The notes: generated by a model not told the origin, from the letters alone. 64,000 nucleotides of DNA from an uncultured Candidatus Rokubacteria bacterium (GCA_963708025.1 CAVPSB010000002.1:96001-160000), one strand, 5' to 3'; shown: positions 49,336-60,290, numbered from the stretch's first letter. Program-made: numbers and translations.

Positions 49336-51648
49336 CTCCGGGAGCGGCTGCGTCAAGGGCGTGTCCTCGTTCGCAACTGGCACGTCCTGAACTGGGAGAC
49401 CGAGGAGCAGCTCGCCCGGAAGCGTGGGGTGGACAAGCGCGGCGCCAGGAGCGACGCCGCCTACGTCAAGGAGGTGCTGGGCGACATCGCCACCGCCTCG
49501 AACCTCCTGGTCGTCAACGACGAGGCACACCACGCCTGGCGGGTCCCGGCCGAGTCGAAGCTCCGCGGGGTGGCGAAGGCCGACATCGAGGAGGCCACGC
49601 GCTGGATCGGCGGGCTCGACCGCATCCACCGGAGCCGCGGCATCCTGTGCTGCTACGACTTCTCGGCCACGCCCTTCGTGCCATCCGGCAAGGAAAGCTC
49701 GGAGGAGGCCCTGTTCGGCTGGGTCGTGAGCGACTTCAGCCTGAACGACGCGATCGAGTCGGGGCTGGTGAAGACCCCGAGAGTCGTGGTCCGGGACGAC
49801 GGCGTGCCGGATGCCGCCACCTACCGGTCGAAGCTCTACCACATCTACCAGTGGGTGCGAGACGATCTGAACCGCAAGGCCGAGCCCCACGAGCCGCTGC
49901 CCGACCTCGTCGTCAACGGGTACTACCTGCTCGGCAAGGACTGGCTGGAGGCCGCCCGCCGCTGGGCCGACGCCGGCCTGCCCACGCCGCCGGTGATGAT
50001 CACGGTGGCCAACCGGACGGAGACGGCGGCCCGCGTCCATTACGCCTTCCTCCACGGCAAGGTGCGGATCGACGAGCTGGCCGTGCCGGAGCGGACCCTG
50101 CACATCGACTCCAGGGTGCTCGAGAAGGCCGAGGCCCGGGAGGAGCCCGACATCCCCGACACCGCCGACGGTGACGAAGGCACCGAGCCCGATGACGACG
50201 AGCGCCCCGCCCGCAAGCTGACCAGGGAGGAGCAGGCGGAGCGCCTCCGGGTGCAGGTGGATACCGTGGGCCAGCCGGGCAAGCCGGGGGAGCGGGTCCA
50301 GAACGTCATCTCGGTGGGCATGCTCACCGAAGGCTGGGACGCCCGCACCGTGACCCACATCATGGGACTCCGGGCGTTCTCGAGCCAGCTCCTGTGCGAG
50401 CAGGTGGTGGGGCGCGGCCTTCGCCGAACGTCGTACGACGTGGACCCGACCACCGGCCTCTTCCAGCCCGAGCACGTCAACATCTTCGGCATCCCGTTCA
50501 CCTTCCTGCCTCACGAGGGCGGCGACGAGGTCATCCCGCCGCCGCCCCCGCCGAAGTCGCGGATCGAGGCCGTGCCCGAGAAGCGCCACTTCGAGATCAC
50601 GTGGCCGAACGTCATTCGCGTCGAGCACACCTGGGCGCCGCGCCTGGCCCTCGAGTGGGCGGCGGTGCCCGTGCTGCGCCTCGACGCCTCGGAGACGGCC
50701 ACCCTCGCCCAGCTCGCGCCCGTGGTGGCGGGTAAGCCGGACGTCAGCCGCATCTCCGAGATCGACCTCGACGACCTCGTCCGCCGGTTCCGGATGCAGA
50801 CGATCGTCTTCCGGGCGGCCGCCGACGTCTTCGATCAGATGGCCCCCACGTGGGCCGGAAGTCGGGAGATCCTGGTCGCCCAGCTCGTCCCGCTGGTCGA
50901 GGGCTTCCTGGCTTCCGACCGGCTGGCGATCTCTCCGGCGGTGTTCCAGCAGGAGTCGCGACGGCGCCGCATCCTCCTCACGCTCAACATGAACCGGATC
51001 GTGCGGCACTTCTGGGACGCCATCCGGCACGAGAACGCCCAGACGCTCACGCCGGTGTTCGACAGCGAGCGGCCGATCCGCGGCACGGGCGACATGCTGC
51101 CCTGGTTCACCGGCCGCCCCTGGGCGGACACCGCGCGCTCGCACGTCAACCGCTGTGTCTTCGACAGCACCTGGGAGGCGAGCGAGGCCTTCGCCCTCGA
51201 CCATCACCCCCACGTGGCCGCCTGGGTGAAGAACGATCACCTCGGCTTCGAGGTCGTCTACGTGTTCGACGGGGTCGTGCGCAAGTACCGGCCTGACTTC
51301 CTGGTGCGGCTGACGGCCGGGACCATGCTCGTGCTGGAGGTCAAGGGCCAGGACTCACCCCAGCACCAGGCGAAGCGCGCCGCCCTGGACGAGTGGGCGC
51401 GCGCGGTGACCGAGCACGGCGGCTTCGGCCGCTGGACCTGGGCCGTGTCCCGGGCCCCGTCCGATCTCGCCGACCTCGTGACCGCGCGCGGCGTAGCAGG
51501 CGAGAGACCGCTTCAGACCGCGGCGAATGACGCCGAGCCGGGCTCCGAGCCGCTGGCTCGCGATCGTTTCCGGCGGCCGCTCCTCCTTGGGACGCAGCCG
51601 TCCCTTCTTGGCAGGACGATCGTGCCAGGACGGCACGGCACGGGGTGA
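49336..51648 (+). pseudogene. type III Res subunit lacking its N-terminus (no Walker A), fused in frame to Mod
   Basis: VNDEAHH, FSATP, MLTEGWD, CEQVVGRGLRR and nuclease YRPDF...LEVKG. No GxGKT motif in the ORF. Confidence 0.8.
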
Positions 51649-51818
51649 AGGCCGCTAGCGGCGCCCCGCCGGCCTCCTGGGCTTCCACCGCTAACCCACT
51701 GGTGGAACCGACCGAATGGGCTCCAGGCGGGCCCACCGATCCCGGGCGCCGTCGAGTGGCGGGCTTCTTGCTGGCCAGGAAGCGGGTCAGAGCGCCCAGG
51801 GAGAGCGACCAGCCTTCC

Positions 51819-53699
51819 GTGAACGGCGACCATCCGTGGAACGGCTTCCGGACAGTCCTTTCCGGGGAGAGCGGCTCCTCGTCTCCGGAGGAGTCCGACC
51901 GCCACGTCCTCAAGGTCCTGGTGGTGGACGACGACATCCCGACCCTCGAGTTCCTGGTGGAGGCGTTCGCCGCGAACGGCTGTCTTCCGTCGCGGGCCTC
52001 CAACGCCGAGCAGGCGCTCGGCCTCCTGTCGGGCCAGCCGTTCAACCTCGTCGTGGCCGACATCATGCTGCCGGGCCTGAGCGGGCTCGACCTCTTGCGG
52101 GTCGTCAGGGGAACGCGGCCCCAGACCCCGGTGGTGCTGATCACCGGCCTCCCCTCGGTCAATTCGGCCGTGTTCGGTCTCCGCTACGGCGCCTACGATT
52201 ACCTCTCCAAGCCCTTCTCGATCGCCGAGGTCCAGCGGCTGCTCCAGCACCTCCGCACGGATCTGGATCGGAACGGGTCGGACCGGGCGGCGGCCGGTCT
52301 CGGGGAGGAGCTCGTGCGGCGCGAGCGGGGGATGGAAGGCCTCTTCCGGATCGGCGCCCTGGCCCTCCAGGATGTCGCCCCGGGCGTCTTCGTGGAGACG
52401 GTCCTGGACTACGCGCTGTCTGGCCTGCGGAGTGACGCCGCCCTCCTTGTGCTCGGCGACCAGGATGGGCAGCTCACGCGCACCGGCCGAGGTCGCCCTG
52501 CGCTGGTGAGCCGGCTGTCGAGTCTGTGCGGCGCCTCGGCCGACAGGCTGGCCAGCGGCGGGGCGATGGAGCCCCTGACGGTGACGGGGCCGGAGCATTC
52601 GGTTGCGGCGGTCGCGACCCTGGTGCCCGTCGCGGGGAACGTCATGGGGATCCTGTGCCTGGGGCGGGACCAGCAGCGCGGGACGTTCTTGCCCGACGAG
52701 CACGAGCTCCTCCGCGCCTACGCGCAGGTCATCGCCCTCGGGCTCCAGAAGATCGACCTCCGTGACGAGCCGGAGTCGGACCCTGTCGAGTTCATGTCCG
52801 TCTTCGTGGCGGCCCTCGAATCCCTCGAGTCGAAGACGCCGTACCTGAGGGGTCACTCGGCGCGCGTCTCCCTGTACGCGGGGGAGATCGCGACGAGCCT
52901 GGGGTTGTCCCGGACCCAGGTCGCCGTGATCCGCCGGGCCGGCCTGCTCCACGACCTCGGCAAGCTGGTGCTCCCCGACACCATCCTGCTCAAGCCGGAC
53001 CGGCTGACCCCGGAGGAGTATGCGCTGATCCAGCGCCATCCCGCGATCGGCAGCCGCATTCTCCGGCGGCTCCCGGTCTTCACCGAGGAGGCGGCGGCGA
53101 TCGAGCACCAGCTCGAGCGCTACGACGGCGCCGGCAACCCGGGTGGGCTGAAGGGGGGCGCGATCCCGCTCCCCGCCCGGATCCTCCGGGTGGCGGATGC
53201 CTTCGATGCCATGACCTCGCCCCGTCCGTACCGGCCCGCCCTGTCACCGGAGGCCGCGATGGCCGAGCTCGATGGCGGAGCGGGGATCCAGTTCGATCCG
53301 ATGGTGATCCAGGCGTTTGCCTCGATCCCGCGCGCTCGCCTGGCGGAGATCGGCCGCTACTACGGGAGCCGATCCCGGTCCGAGTCCCCCGGTCCCGATG
53401 GCGGCGAGAGCGCTCCGCCCGCGGGCCCCGGCCGGCACCCGGCCGAGGCGCCGGCGGAGTCGCCGAGCGGGACTGCCGTCGACGGCGCCGAGCCGCGGAA
53501 CGGACGACCTCCGTCCGCGGCCGAGGCGGCGTTCCTGGTCGGGGCCTGGGAGCACCGGGATCTGATCGCGGAGCTGAAGCGCGCGCTCGGTGGGGAGACC
53601 GGATCGGTCCAGGTGACCGAGGATCGACATGCCGACCGGACGATCCCGCCCCGGGACGGGCGTGAAGGCGGCCCGCCCGATCCGGTGACCGGTCCGTAA
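51819..53699 (+). CDS. response regulator with REC-GAF-HD-GYP domains
   Basis: VLVVDDD, DIMLPG, YLSKPF, GAF-like middle, GHSARV, LLHDLGK and VADAFDAMTSPRPYR. Start uncertain. Confidence 0.85.
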   Translation: MNGDHPWNGFRTVLSGESGSSSPEESDRHVLKVLVVDDDIPTLEFLVEAFAANGCLPSRASNAEQALGLLSGQPFNLVVADIMLPGLSGLDLLRVVRGTRPQTPVVLITGLPSVNSAVFGLRYGAYDYLSKPFSIAEVQRLLQHLRTDLDRNGSDRAAAGLGEELVRRERGMEGLFRIGALALQDVAPGVFVETVLDYALSGLRSDAALLVLGDQDGQLTRTGRGRPALVSRLSSLCGASADRLASGGAMEPLTVTGPEHSVAAVATLVPVAGNVMGILCLGRDQQRGTFLPDEHELLRAYAQVIALGLQKIDLRDEPESDPVEFMSVFVAALESLESKTPYLRGHSARVSLYAGEIATSLGLSRTQVAVIRRAGLLHDLGKLVLPDTILLKPDRLTPEEYALIQRHPAIGSRILRRLPVFTEEAAAIEHQLERYDGAGNPGGLKGGAIPLPARILRVADAFDAMTSPRPYRPALSPEAAMAELDGGAGIQFDPMVIQAFASIPRARLAEIGRYYGSRSRSESPGPDGGESAPPAGPGRHPAEAPAESPSGTAVDGAEPRNGRPPSAAEAAFLVGAWEHRDLIAELKRALGGETGSVQVTEDRHADRTIPPRDGREGGPPDPVTGP

Positions 53700-55608
53700 T
53701 TACCGGCTGCTGTCGCTCTCCCGGATCACGCCCAGCAGCCCCTCGCCGTAGCGCTCGATCTTGTGGGGACCGATGCCGTGGGCGAGCGCCAGGTCGTCGA
53801 GCGTCCGCGGGCGCAGGCGCGCGATGTCGCGCAGCGTGCGGTCGCTGGCGATGACGAAGGGGGCGACCCCCGCCTCGCGGGCCAGCCCCAGGCGGTGGCG
53901 CCGCAGCGCCTCGAAGAGGGTCTGGCCGGCCGCGTCGAGCTCGTCCCCCTCGTCGGCCGCCCGGGCGCGCGGCCCGCCGGGGCGTCCGCTCGGGCCCGGG
54001 CGCCGGGTGAGCCGGCGGCGGCAGCAGGATGCGGGCCGGCCGGGTGCCCTTCATGACGGCCCGGCCCTCCTCGGTCAGGAGGACCACCGGCCGGTCGCCG
54101 CCGCTGAAGCCGATCCACCCGGCCGCCACGCACCGGCGCAGGAGCCGGAGCAGCCACTCCTCGGGATGCTCGCGCAGGTTCCCGAACGTGGGCACCTGCG
54201 TGAGGCCGGCGCGCTCGAGCCGGGGATCGGGCTCGCCGCGGACGAGCCGCACGACCATCCCGAGGCCGAAGCGGTCGTGGAGGCGCGCCACCCCCGAGAG
54301 CGCCTTCCGGACGATGAGCGTGACCGCGTCCGGGTCCTCGGCCGCGTCGCCGCGGGCGAGCGCGCGGCACACGTCACACCGGCCGCAGCCGGCCAGCGTC
54401 TCCGCCTCGTCGCCGAAGTAGCGGAGGATGGCGTCGTGCCGGCAGCTCCCCGTGTCGGCCCAGCGCATCAGCTCCAGGAAGAGGCCCCACTTGTGCTCGA
54501 GCACCGCCGGGTCGGGCGGGGCGCCGTCCTCGCCTCCGTGCTCGATCAGCCGGCGGCGGAGCGGCAGGTCGCTCGCGCTCACGAGCAGGAGCCCGATGGC
54601 GTCCTGCCCGTCGCGTCCCGCGCGGCCGACCTCCTGGTAGTAGGCCTCGATCGACCCGGGCGGGCCCAGGTGCACGACGGCGCGGACGTCGGGCCGGTCG
54701 ATGCCCATCCCGAAGGCGTTGGTGCCGGCGACGATCTCCAGTCGGCCCTCGGCGAAGTCGCGCTGGACGCGGTCGCGGGTGGCGCCGGCGAGCCCGGCGT
54801 GATAGGCGGCGGCGCGCCAGCCCCGGGCCGCCAGGCGCTCCGCCTCCGCCTCGGCGCCCTTGCGCGTCGGCGCGTACACGATGGCCCGGCCGCGCCCGGC
54901 GCCCGGCGCCGCCAGCGCCTCGGCCAGCGTCGCGTCCACCAGGCGGGCGCGCTCGCGGGCGCCGCCGGCCTCGCGGGCGCGCAGGGCGAGGTTCGGCCGG
55001 GCGAAGCCGTGCACGATCTGGGGCGTGTCGGGCGGCAGGCCGAGGCGCGCCACGATCTCGTCACGCACCACCGGCGTCGCGGTCGCCGTGCAGGCCAGCA
55101 CGCGCGGCGGGCGCAGGTGGGCGAGGAGCGCGCCGATCTCGAGGTACTCCGGGCGGAAGTCGTGGCCCCACTCGCTGATGCAGTGCGCCTCGTCGACCGC
55201 GACCAGCGGGCAGGCGAGCGCGGCGAGCGTCTCCCGGAACCAGGGCGCGACCAGCCGCTCGGGCGCCACGTAGACGAGCCGGACCGCGCCGCGCGCGACC
55301 TGCCCGAGCCGGCGGCGCAGCTCGCCCGCCTCGAGCGTGGCGGCCAGGAAGGTGGCGGCCACGCCGCGCGCCGTCAGCGCCTCCACCTGATCGTGCATGA
55401 GCGAGACGAGCGGCGAGATGACGAGCGTCGTGCCGGGGAGGAGGCTGGCGGGGAGCTGGTACGTCAGGCTCTTCCCGCCGCCGGTGGGGGCGACCAGCAG
55501 GAGGCGCCCGCGCTCCAGGAGCGTCTCGATCGCCTCGCGCTGGCCCGGGCGGAACGTCGCGTAGCCCAGCCGGCGGAGGCCCGCGTCGAGCTCGGCTGGC
55601 GAGGGCAT
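53700..55608 (-). CDS. recQ: RecQ family DNA helicase with HRDC domain (frameshift near 53960)
   Basis: PTGGGKS, DEAHCISEWGHDFRP, AFGMGID, YYQEVGRAGRDG and CGRCDVC. HRDC (LFEALRRHR...DRTL...GIGPHK) is in another frame ending at 53700. Confidence 0.88.
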
Positions 55609-55855
55609 GGACTGGATCAGGCCGGGTGCAGGATTACCCATGGTCACTCGGCGAGGCGCGGCAGCCGGCGTCTCCCCTCCGGTGGCTGCTGATGCACCGC
55701 CCACCCGGGATCGGCAATTCGGCGTCTCCCCGCACCCCGTAGCATGGGGCGTGCCCGGGGTGCCGTGGCCCGCGCCAGGCCCTTGCGACGCGGGGTTGCG
55801 GTCGAGCGCTTCCGTGAGGCGTCCGAGGGAGTGTCACCGGAAGGATACGCCAGGG

Positions 55856-56728
55856 TCACCCGCGGAACCGGGCCTCGGGCAGGCCCCGCACGCCCGGGTC
55901 GAGCGCCAGGATGCCCCCGGCCCACGGCTGCCGGGCGCGGGCCTCGGCCGTCAGGGTGACCGACGCCGAGGTCACGTACAGCACGTCCAGGTCCGGTCCG
56001 CCGAAGGCCGGGCAGGTCGGCTGCTGGACCGGCAGCCTGACGACGCGCTCGACCCGGCCGGCGGGATCGAGCCGGGTCAGTCGCCACCCGCCCCAGTGCG
56101 CGAGCCAGACGAAGCCCTCGGCGTCGACCGTCGCCCCGTCGGGAGCCCCGTCGGCGGCCGGCACCTCGAGGAACGTCCGCCGGTTGGCGATGGCGCCTGC
56201 GTCCGGGTCGAAGTCCCAGGCCCAGACCGTCCGGCGGGCGGTGTCGGCGTGGTACATCGTTCGGCCGTCCGGGCTCCAGCAGAGCGCATTCGGGCAGACG
56301 AGGCCATCGACCAGCCGGTGACACGAGAGGTCGGCGTCGAGCCGGTAGAGGCTCCCGGTCGGCTCGGTTTCCGGGTCGTGCATGCTGCCCGCCCAGAAGC
56401 GGCCCTGGCGGTCGGTCTTCCCGTCGTTGAAACGGTTCTGCGGCCGCTCGGGCTCGGGGTGAACGATCGGGGTCGTCCCGCCGGTCGCCGGATCGAAGAA
56501 GTGGAAGCCCGAGCGCATGGCCACGACCAGCCCGCCCTGCGCGCGCACGGCGAGCGACCCCACGGGCTCGGTCACCGGCCAGCGCGTGTCGGCTCCGGTG
56601 GCCGGATCGAACCGGTGGATCGCTCGCCCCTTGATGTCGGTCCAGTAGAGCCGCCGCTCGAGCAGATCCCAGACCGGTCCCTCGCCGAGCACCGCGTTCG
56701 CTTCGAGCACGCACGTGACGTCGGTTAT
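55856..56728 (-). CDS. SMP-30/gluconolactonase family protein (pentonolactonase-like); possible ATA start
   Basis: LGEGPVWD, RFNDGK, PNALCWSPD, PDGATVD and FGGPDL motifs. In-frame ATA-TDVTC precedes the GTG at 56710. Confidence 0.88.
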   Translation of the reverse strand: MTDVTCVLEANAVLGEGPVWDLLERRLYWTDIKGRAIHRFDPATGADTRWPVTEPVGSLAVRAQGGLVVAMRSGFHFFDPATGGTTPIVHPEPERPQNRFNDGKTDRQGRFWAGSMHDPETEPTGSLYRLDADLSCHRLVDGLVCPNALCWSPDGRTMYHADTARRTVWAWDFDPDAGAIANRRTFLEVPAADGAPDGATVDAEGFVWLAHWGGWRLTRLDPAGRVERVVRLPVQQPTCPAFGGPDLDVLYVTSASVTLTAEARARQPWAGGILALDPGVRGLPEARFRG

Positions 56729-56730
56729 TT

Positions 56731-56825
56731 GGGGACCTCCCGCCTACCCCCCCCCTCAACCCCCCTCGCCCACCCATGGACGGTCTTCGGCCTTTGGCTG
56801 GGGGGAGGGGGGAGTCGGAGGCCCG
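56731..56825 (+). repeat. short REP/MITE-like element, copy F
   Basis: GGGACCTCCCGCCTACCCC...GGACGGTCTTCGGCCTTTGGC G-tracts GTCGGAGGCCC. Confidence 0.8.
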
Positions 56826-56832
56826 CACTGCT

Positions 56833-57726
56833 TCACACGGTCTCCGGGGTCAGGGTGATCGTCGCCGCGAGGGTCTCGCCGGGCTCGAGGGTCCGGAGCC
56901 CGGTGTCCGGCCGTCCGGCGGCGGCGAGGTTGACCGCGTCGGTCACGTGGCTGACCGGCTCCGCGCAGAAGAAGGCCTGGCCGGGCGGCGTGTAGAGCAC
57001 GAGGAAGTCGAGCGGCCCCTCTGCGGTCATGGCGAGGCGGGCTCCCCACTCCGGCCACTCGACCACGACATGCCGACTCCAGCCAGTGAAACAGTTGTCG
57101 AGGCCGACCGCGTCGAGGCGGATGCCCCGCGCGGGGTCCGACCCCGGCGGCGGCATCGCCAGCGTCGTCGGCATGACCTCGCGGTCGGTCAGCCACATGC
57201 CGGTCACCCCGGCCTCCAGCGTGGCCCGGGGCGTTCGCACGAAGTAGGGGTGCCAGCCGAGACCCGCCGGCATCGCGGCCTCGCCCTCGTTGGTCAGCGC
57301 CAGCTCCACCGTCAGGCGCTCGGGTGCCAGGGCGACGCGCTGGCGGGCCCGGTAGGCCCACGGCCAGGCGTCCGCCGGGTGCCGGTACTCGATCTCGGCG
57401 TGCGCGGCGTCCACCGCCACCGGGTGCCATGCGGCCTGCCACCCGTGGCCGTGCATGCAATGGGGCAGGGGCGGGCAGTTCAGCGGCAGGGCGACCGCCC
57501 GGCCGCGGAAGCTGAAGCGTCCCTCCCGGATCCGGTTGGAATACGGGACGAGCGGAAAGGCCGCCATGCCGTAAGCGTCGCGCCGGGTGACGGCGTCGGT
57601 CGCGGCGGGGCGTAGCCACTCGATCGGGGTCGCGGCCGTCTCGCGCCAGTACCGGGCGATCGACCCGCCGACGGCCGGGGTCAGCACGAGTCCGGCGTCG
57701 CCCGCGCGCAGCGTGATCGGTTGCAT
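56833..57726 (-). CDS. aldose 1-epimerase family protein
   Basis: FPLVPYSNRI, MHGHGW, GLGWHPYF, LDNCF and FCAEPVSH motifs. Confidence 0.88.
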   Translation of the reverse strand: MQPITLRAGDAGLVLTPAVGGSIARYWRETAATPIEWLRPAATDAVTRRDAYGMAAFPLVPYSNRIREGRFSFRGRAVALPLNCPPLPHCMHGHGWQAAWHPVAVDAAHAEIEYRHPADAWPWAYRARQRVALAPERLTVELALTNEGEAAMPAGLGWHPYFVRTPRATLEAGVTGMWLTDREVMPTTLAMPPPGSDPARGIRLDAVGLDNCFTGWSRHVVVEWPEWGARLAMTAEGPLDFLVLYTPPGQAFFCAEPVSHVTDAVNLAAAGRPDTGLRTLEPGETLAATITLTPETV

Positions 57727-57780
57727 CCTCTCTGAGGAGAGTAGCCGGTGGCGCGCCGGTCGGCAAGCGCGCTTCGGCCG

Positions 57781-59230
57781 CGTCTTGATGGTCTATAGAA
57801 ATGTCCTCCCGAACTGTTCAGTAGAAATGTCCTCCCATGGAGACATGGGAGACCGTCAGGATGAGTCGCAAGGAGGCCCCCCGGGCCGGGCTGGTCAAGG
57901 CGGCCCTGGCCGGGCAGTTCAGCAATGCCGAAGGGGCGCACGCCCTCCAGATCAGTGTGCGGCAGTTCCGCCGCCTCAAAGCCCGCTATCGGGAGCGGGG
58001 GGTCCGGGGCCTGGTGCACGGGTTGCGGGGGCAGGCTTCCCCGCGGGCGCTGGAGGTCGAGGTCCGGGACCGGGTGCTCGAGCTCATCCAGACCACCTAC
58101 CGGGAGCTCAATGACACGCACTGCACCGAGAAGCTCGGGGAGGTGGAGGGCCTGGGGCTCAGTCGCAGCACCGTCCGCCGGCTCCGCCTCGGCCTGGGCC
58201 TGCCGGCCAAGCGGCGCCGGCGGCCCCGACAGCACCGCGCGCGCCGCCCCCGGCGCCCCGCGATGGGGGCGCTCGTCCTGGTTCGACGGCAGCCAGTTCG
58301 ACTGGCTCAGCACCGGGACCCCGCTGGTCCTGCTCGGCGCCATCGACGACGCCACCGGGACCGTCCTCGCCCTGCACTTCCGGCCCGCGGAGGACCTGCA
58401 CGGCTATCTCACCCTGCTTCGCCGGCTGGCCGAGGCTTACAACGTCCCCGTGAGCCTCTACGGCGACCGCCTCGGCGTCTTTGTTCGCAACGACGCCCAC
58501 TGGAGCCTGGCGGAAGAGCTCCAGGGGGCCCAGGACCCGACGCACTTCGGGCAGGTGCTCCGGGAGCTCGGGATCGGCTACATTGCCGCCCACTCCCCGC
58601 AGGCCAAGGGCCGCATCGAACGCCTCTGGGCCACCCTCCAGGACCGGCTCGTCGCCGAGCTCCGCCTCCGCGGGATCCAGACCGTCGCGGCGGCCGAAGC
58701 CTTCCTTCCGAGCTTCCTCGCCGTCCATAACCGGCGCTTCGCCCGGCCGCCCGCCCAGGCCGTGCCCGCGTGGCGCCGGCCGCCGCGCGACTTCGCCGAG
58801 CGCCTGTGCTGCCGCTACCTCCGCCGCATCGCCCGCGACAATACCGTCCGGCTCGGCCCGCGCGTGGTGGTGATCCCGCCCGGCCCCCACGGCCGGTCCT
58901 ACGCGGGCTGCCGCGTCGAGCTCCGCGAATGCCTGGATGGGCGGCTCCTCGTCCACTACCAGGGGACCTGTCTCATCACCGATCCCGCTCCCGCGACCGA
59001 GTTCGTCCTGGTGCCCCGCCGCGCGCAACGCCTACGCGCCTCCAGGAGCGCGTCCGAGGAGGGGGGCCGCCATCTCCCCCTTACCCCCAAACGCCCCGCG
59101 TCGCCGCTCACCGCGCTGGCTGAGCTCGCCCAGCACCTGCGGCGGCCCGCCCGCCCCCACCCCTGGCGGCAGACCTTCTCCCGCCGGCAACGGGAGCGCA
59201 ACCGTCAACGCACCCTCCAAGGGGGTGGAC
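57781..59230 (+). mobile_element. ISNCY / IS1202-like insertion sequence, right end truncated; DDE transposase from 57837 with frameshift near 58281
   Basis: Two direct copies of TAGAAATGTCCTCCC (57796, 57822), HTH N-terminus, and FDGS / IDDATG / YGDR / SPQAKGRIERLW motifs. The right end has only GGGTGGAC of the expected inverted copy. Confidence 0.85.
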
Positions 59231-59343
59231 GGCAGCCCTGGTGGCGCGGCGGCCCGGACGTGGCCCGCGACCGGCCGCGCGGCCGCGCGCCGTCCGGCTG
59301 TGGTAGCGTGACGGCGGCCGCGTCGCGCGGCGAGGAGGACGTC

Positions 59344-60111
59344 ATGCAACGATACGCCTCGTATCCCAGCCTGATGGATCGCGTCGTGTTCGTCACCGGG
59401 GGCGGCAGCGGCATCGGGGGATCCATCGTCGAGCACTTCTGCGCGCAGGGCGCCCGCGTCGCCTTCGTGGACATCGACCGGCCGGCGTCGGAGGCGCTGG
59501 TCGCCGCCGTCGGCGCCCGCGGCCATCCCACGCCGTGGTTCATCTCCTGCGACCTGCGGGACATCGCCGCGCTCCGGGCGGCGGTGGCCGAGGCCCGGGC
59601 GCGGCTCGGCCCCATCCGCGTCCTGGTCAACAACGCCGCCAACGACGAGCGCCACCCCATCGACCGCGTGACGCCCGAGTACTGGGACGACCGCTTCGCC
59701 GTGAACCTGCGGCACCAGTTCTTCGCGGCCCAGGCGGTCTACCCGGACATGGCCGCCGCGGGCGGCGGGTCGATCGTCAACCTCGGCTCGACGTCGTGGG
59801 TGATCGGCCAGGGGGGCATGCCGGGGTACACGACCGCGAAGTCGGCGGTCGCCGGCCTGACGCGCGCCCTCGCCCGCGACCTGGGGCCGATGAACATCCG
59901 GGTGAACTGCATCCTGCCCGGCTGGATCATGACCGAGCGGCAGATCCGGATGTGGCTCACGCCGGACGGGGAGGCGGAGCTGCTCCGCCGGCAGTGCCTC
60001 AAGCGGAAGCTCGGGCCGGAGGAGATTGCCCGCGTCGTCCTCTTCTTCGCCGCCGACGACAGCGAGGCCTGCACCAACCAGAGCTACATCGCGGACGGCG
60101 GCTGGGTCTGA
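59344..60111 (+). CDS. SDR oxidoreductase (D-xylose/pentose dehydrogenase-like)
   Basis: YASYPSL...TGGGSGIG, NNAAND, YTTAK and PGWIMTERQ motifs, with a GAGGAGG RBS. Confidence 0.85.
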   Translation: MQRYASYPSLMDRVVFVTGGGSGIGGSIVEHFCAQGARVAFVDIDRPASEALVAAVGARGHPTPWFISCDLRDIAALRAAVAEARARLGPIRVLVNNAANDERHPIDRVTPEYWDDRFAVNLRHQFFAAQAVYPDMAAAGGGSIVNLGSTSWVIGQGGMPGYTTAKSAVAGLTRALARDLGPMNIRVNCILPGWIMTERQIRMWLTPDGEAELLRRQCLKRKLGPEEIARVVLFFAADDSEACTNQSYIADGGWV

Positions 60112-60290
60112 TCGGGGTCACTCCCCGCCGCTGCCGGTCAGCCGTTCGTGCTATAGTGACCGGGTATTGCCGGCTCACCGCCCGCTCGGAGCGGAGCGGG
60201 TCCGGCCTCGCCTCCGATAGCCCTCCGCTTGTCCGGGGCGTGAGCTGAAGTGCGGGACCGATCAGCCAACCGAAGAACTCGGGGTGTTCG

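Noticed and set aside
51606-51630. TGGCA...TGCCA inverted motif as a second sigma54 promoter
   Set aside because: The GG-to-GC spacing does not fit -24/-12 on either strand.
57925-60111. 728-aa transposase-SDR fusion as a genuine novel protein
   Set aside because: The SDR has its own GAGGAGG RBS and ATG. The read-through results from loss of the IS right end.
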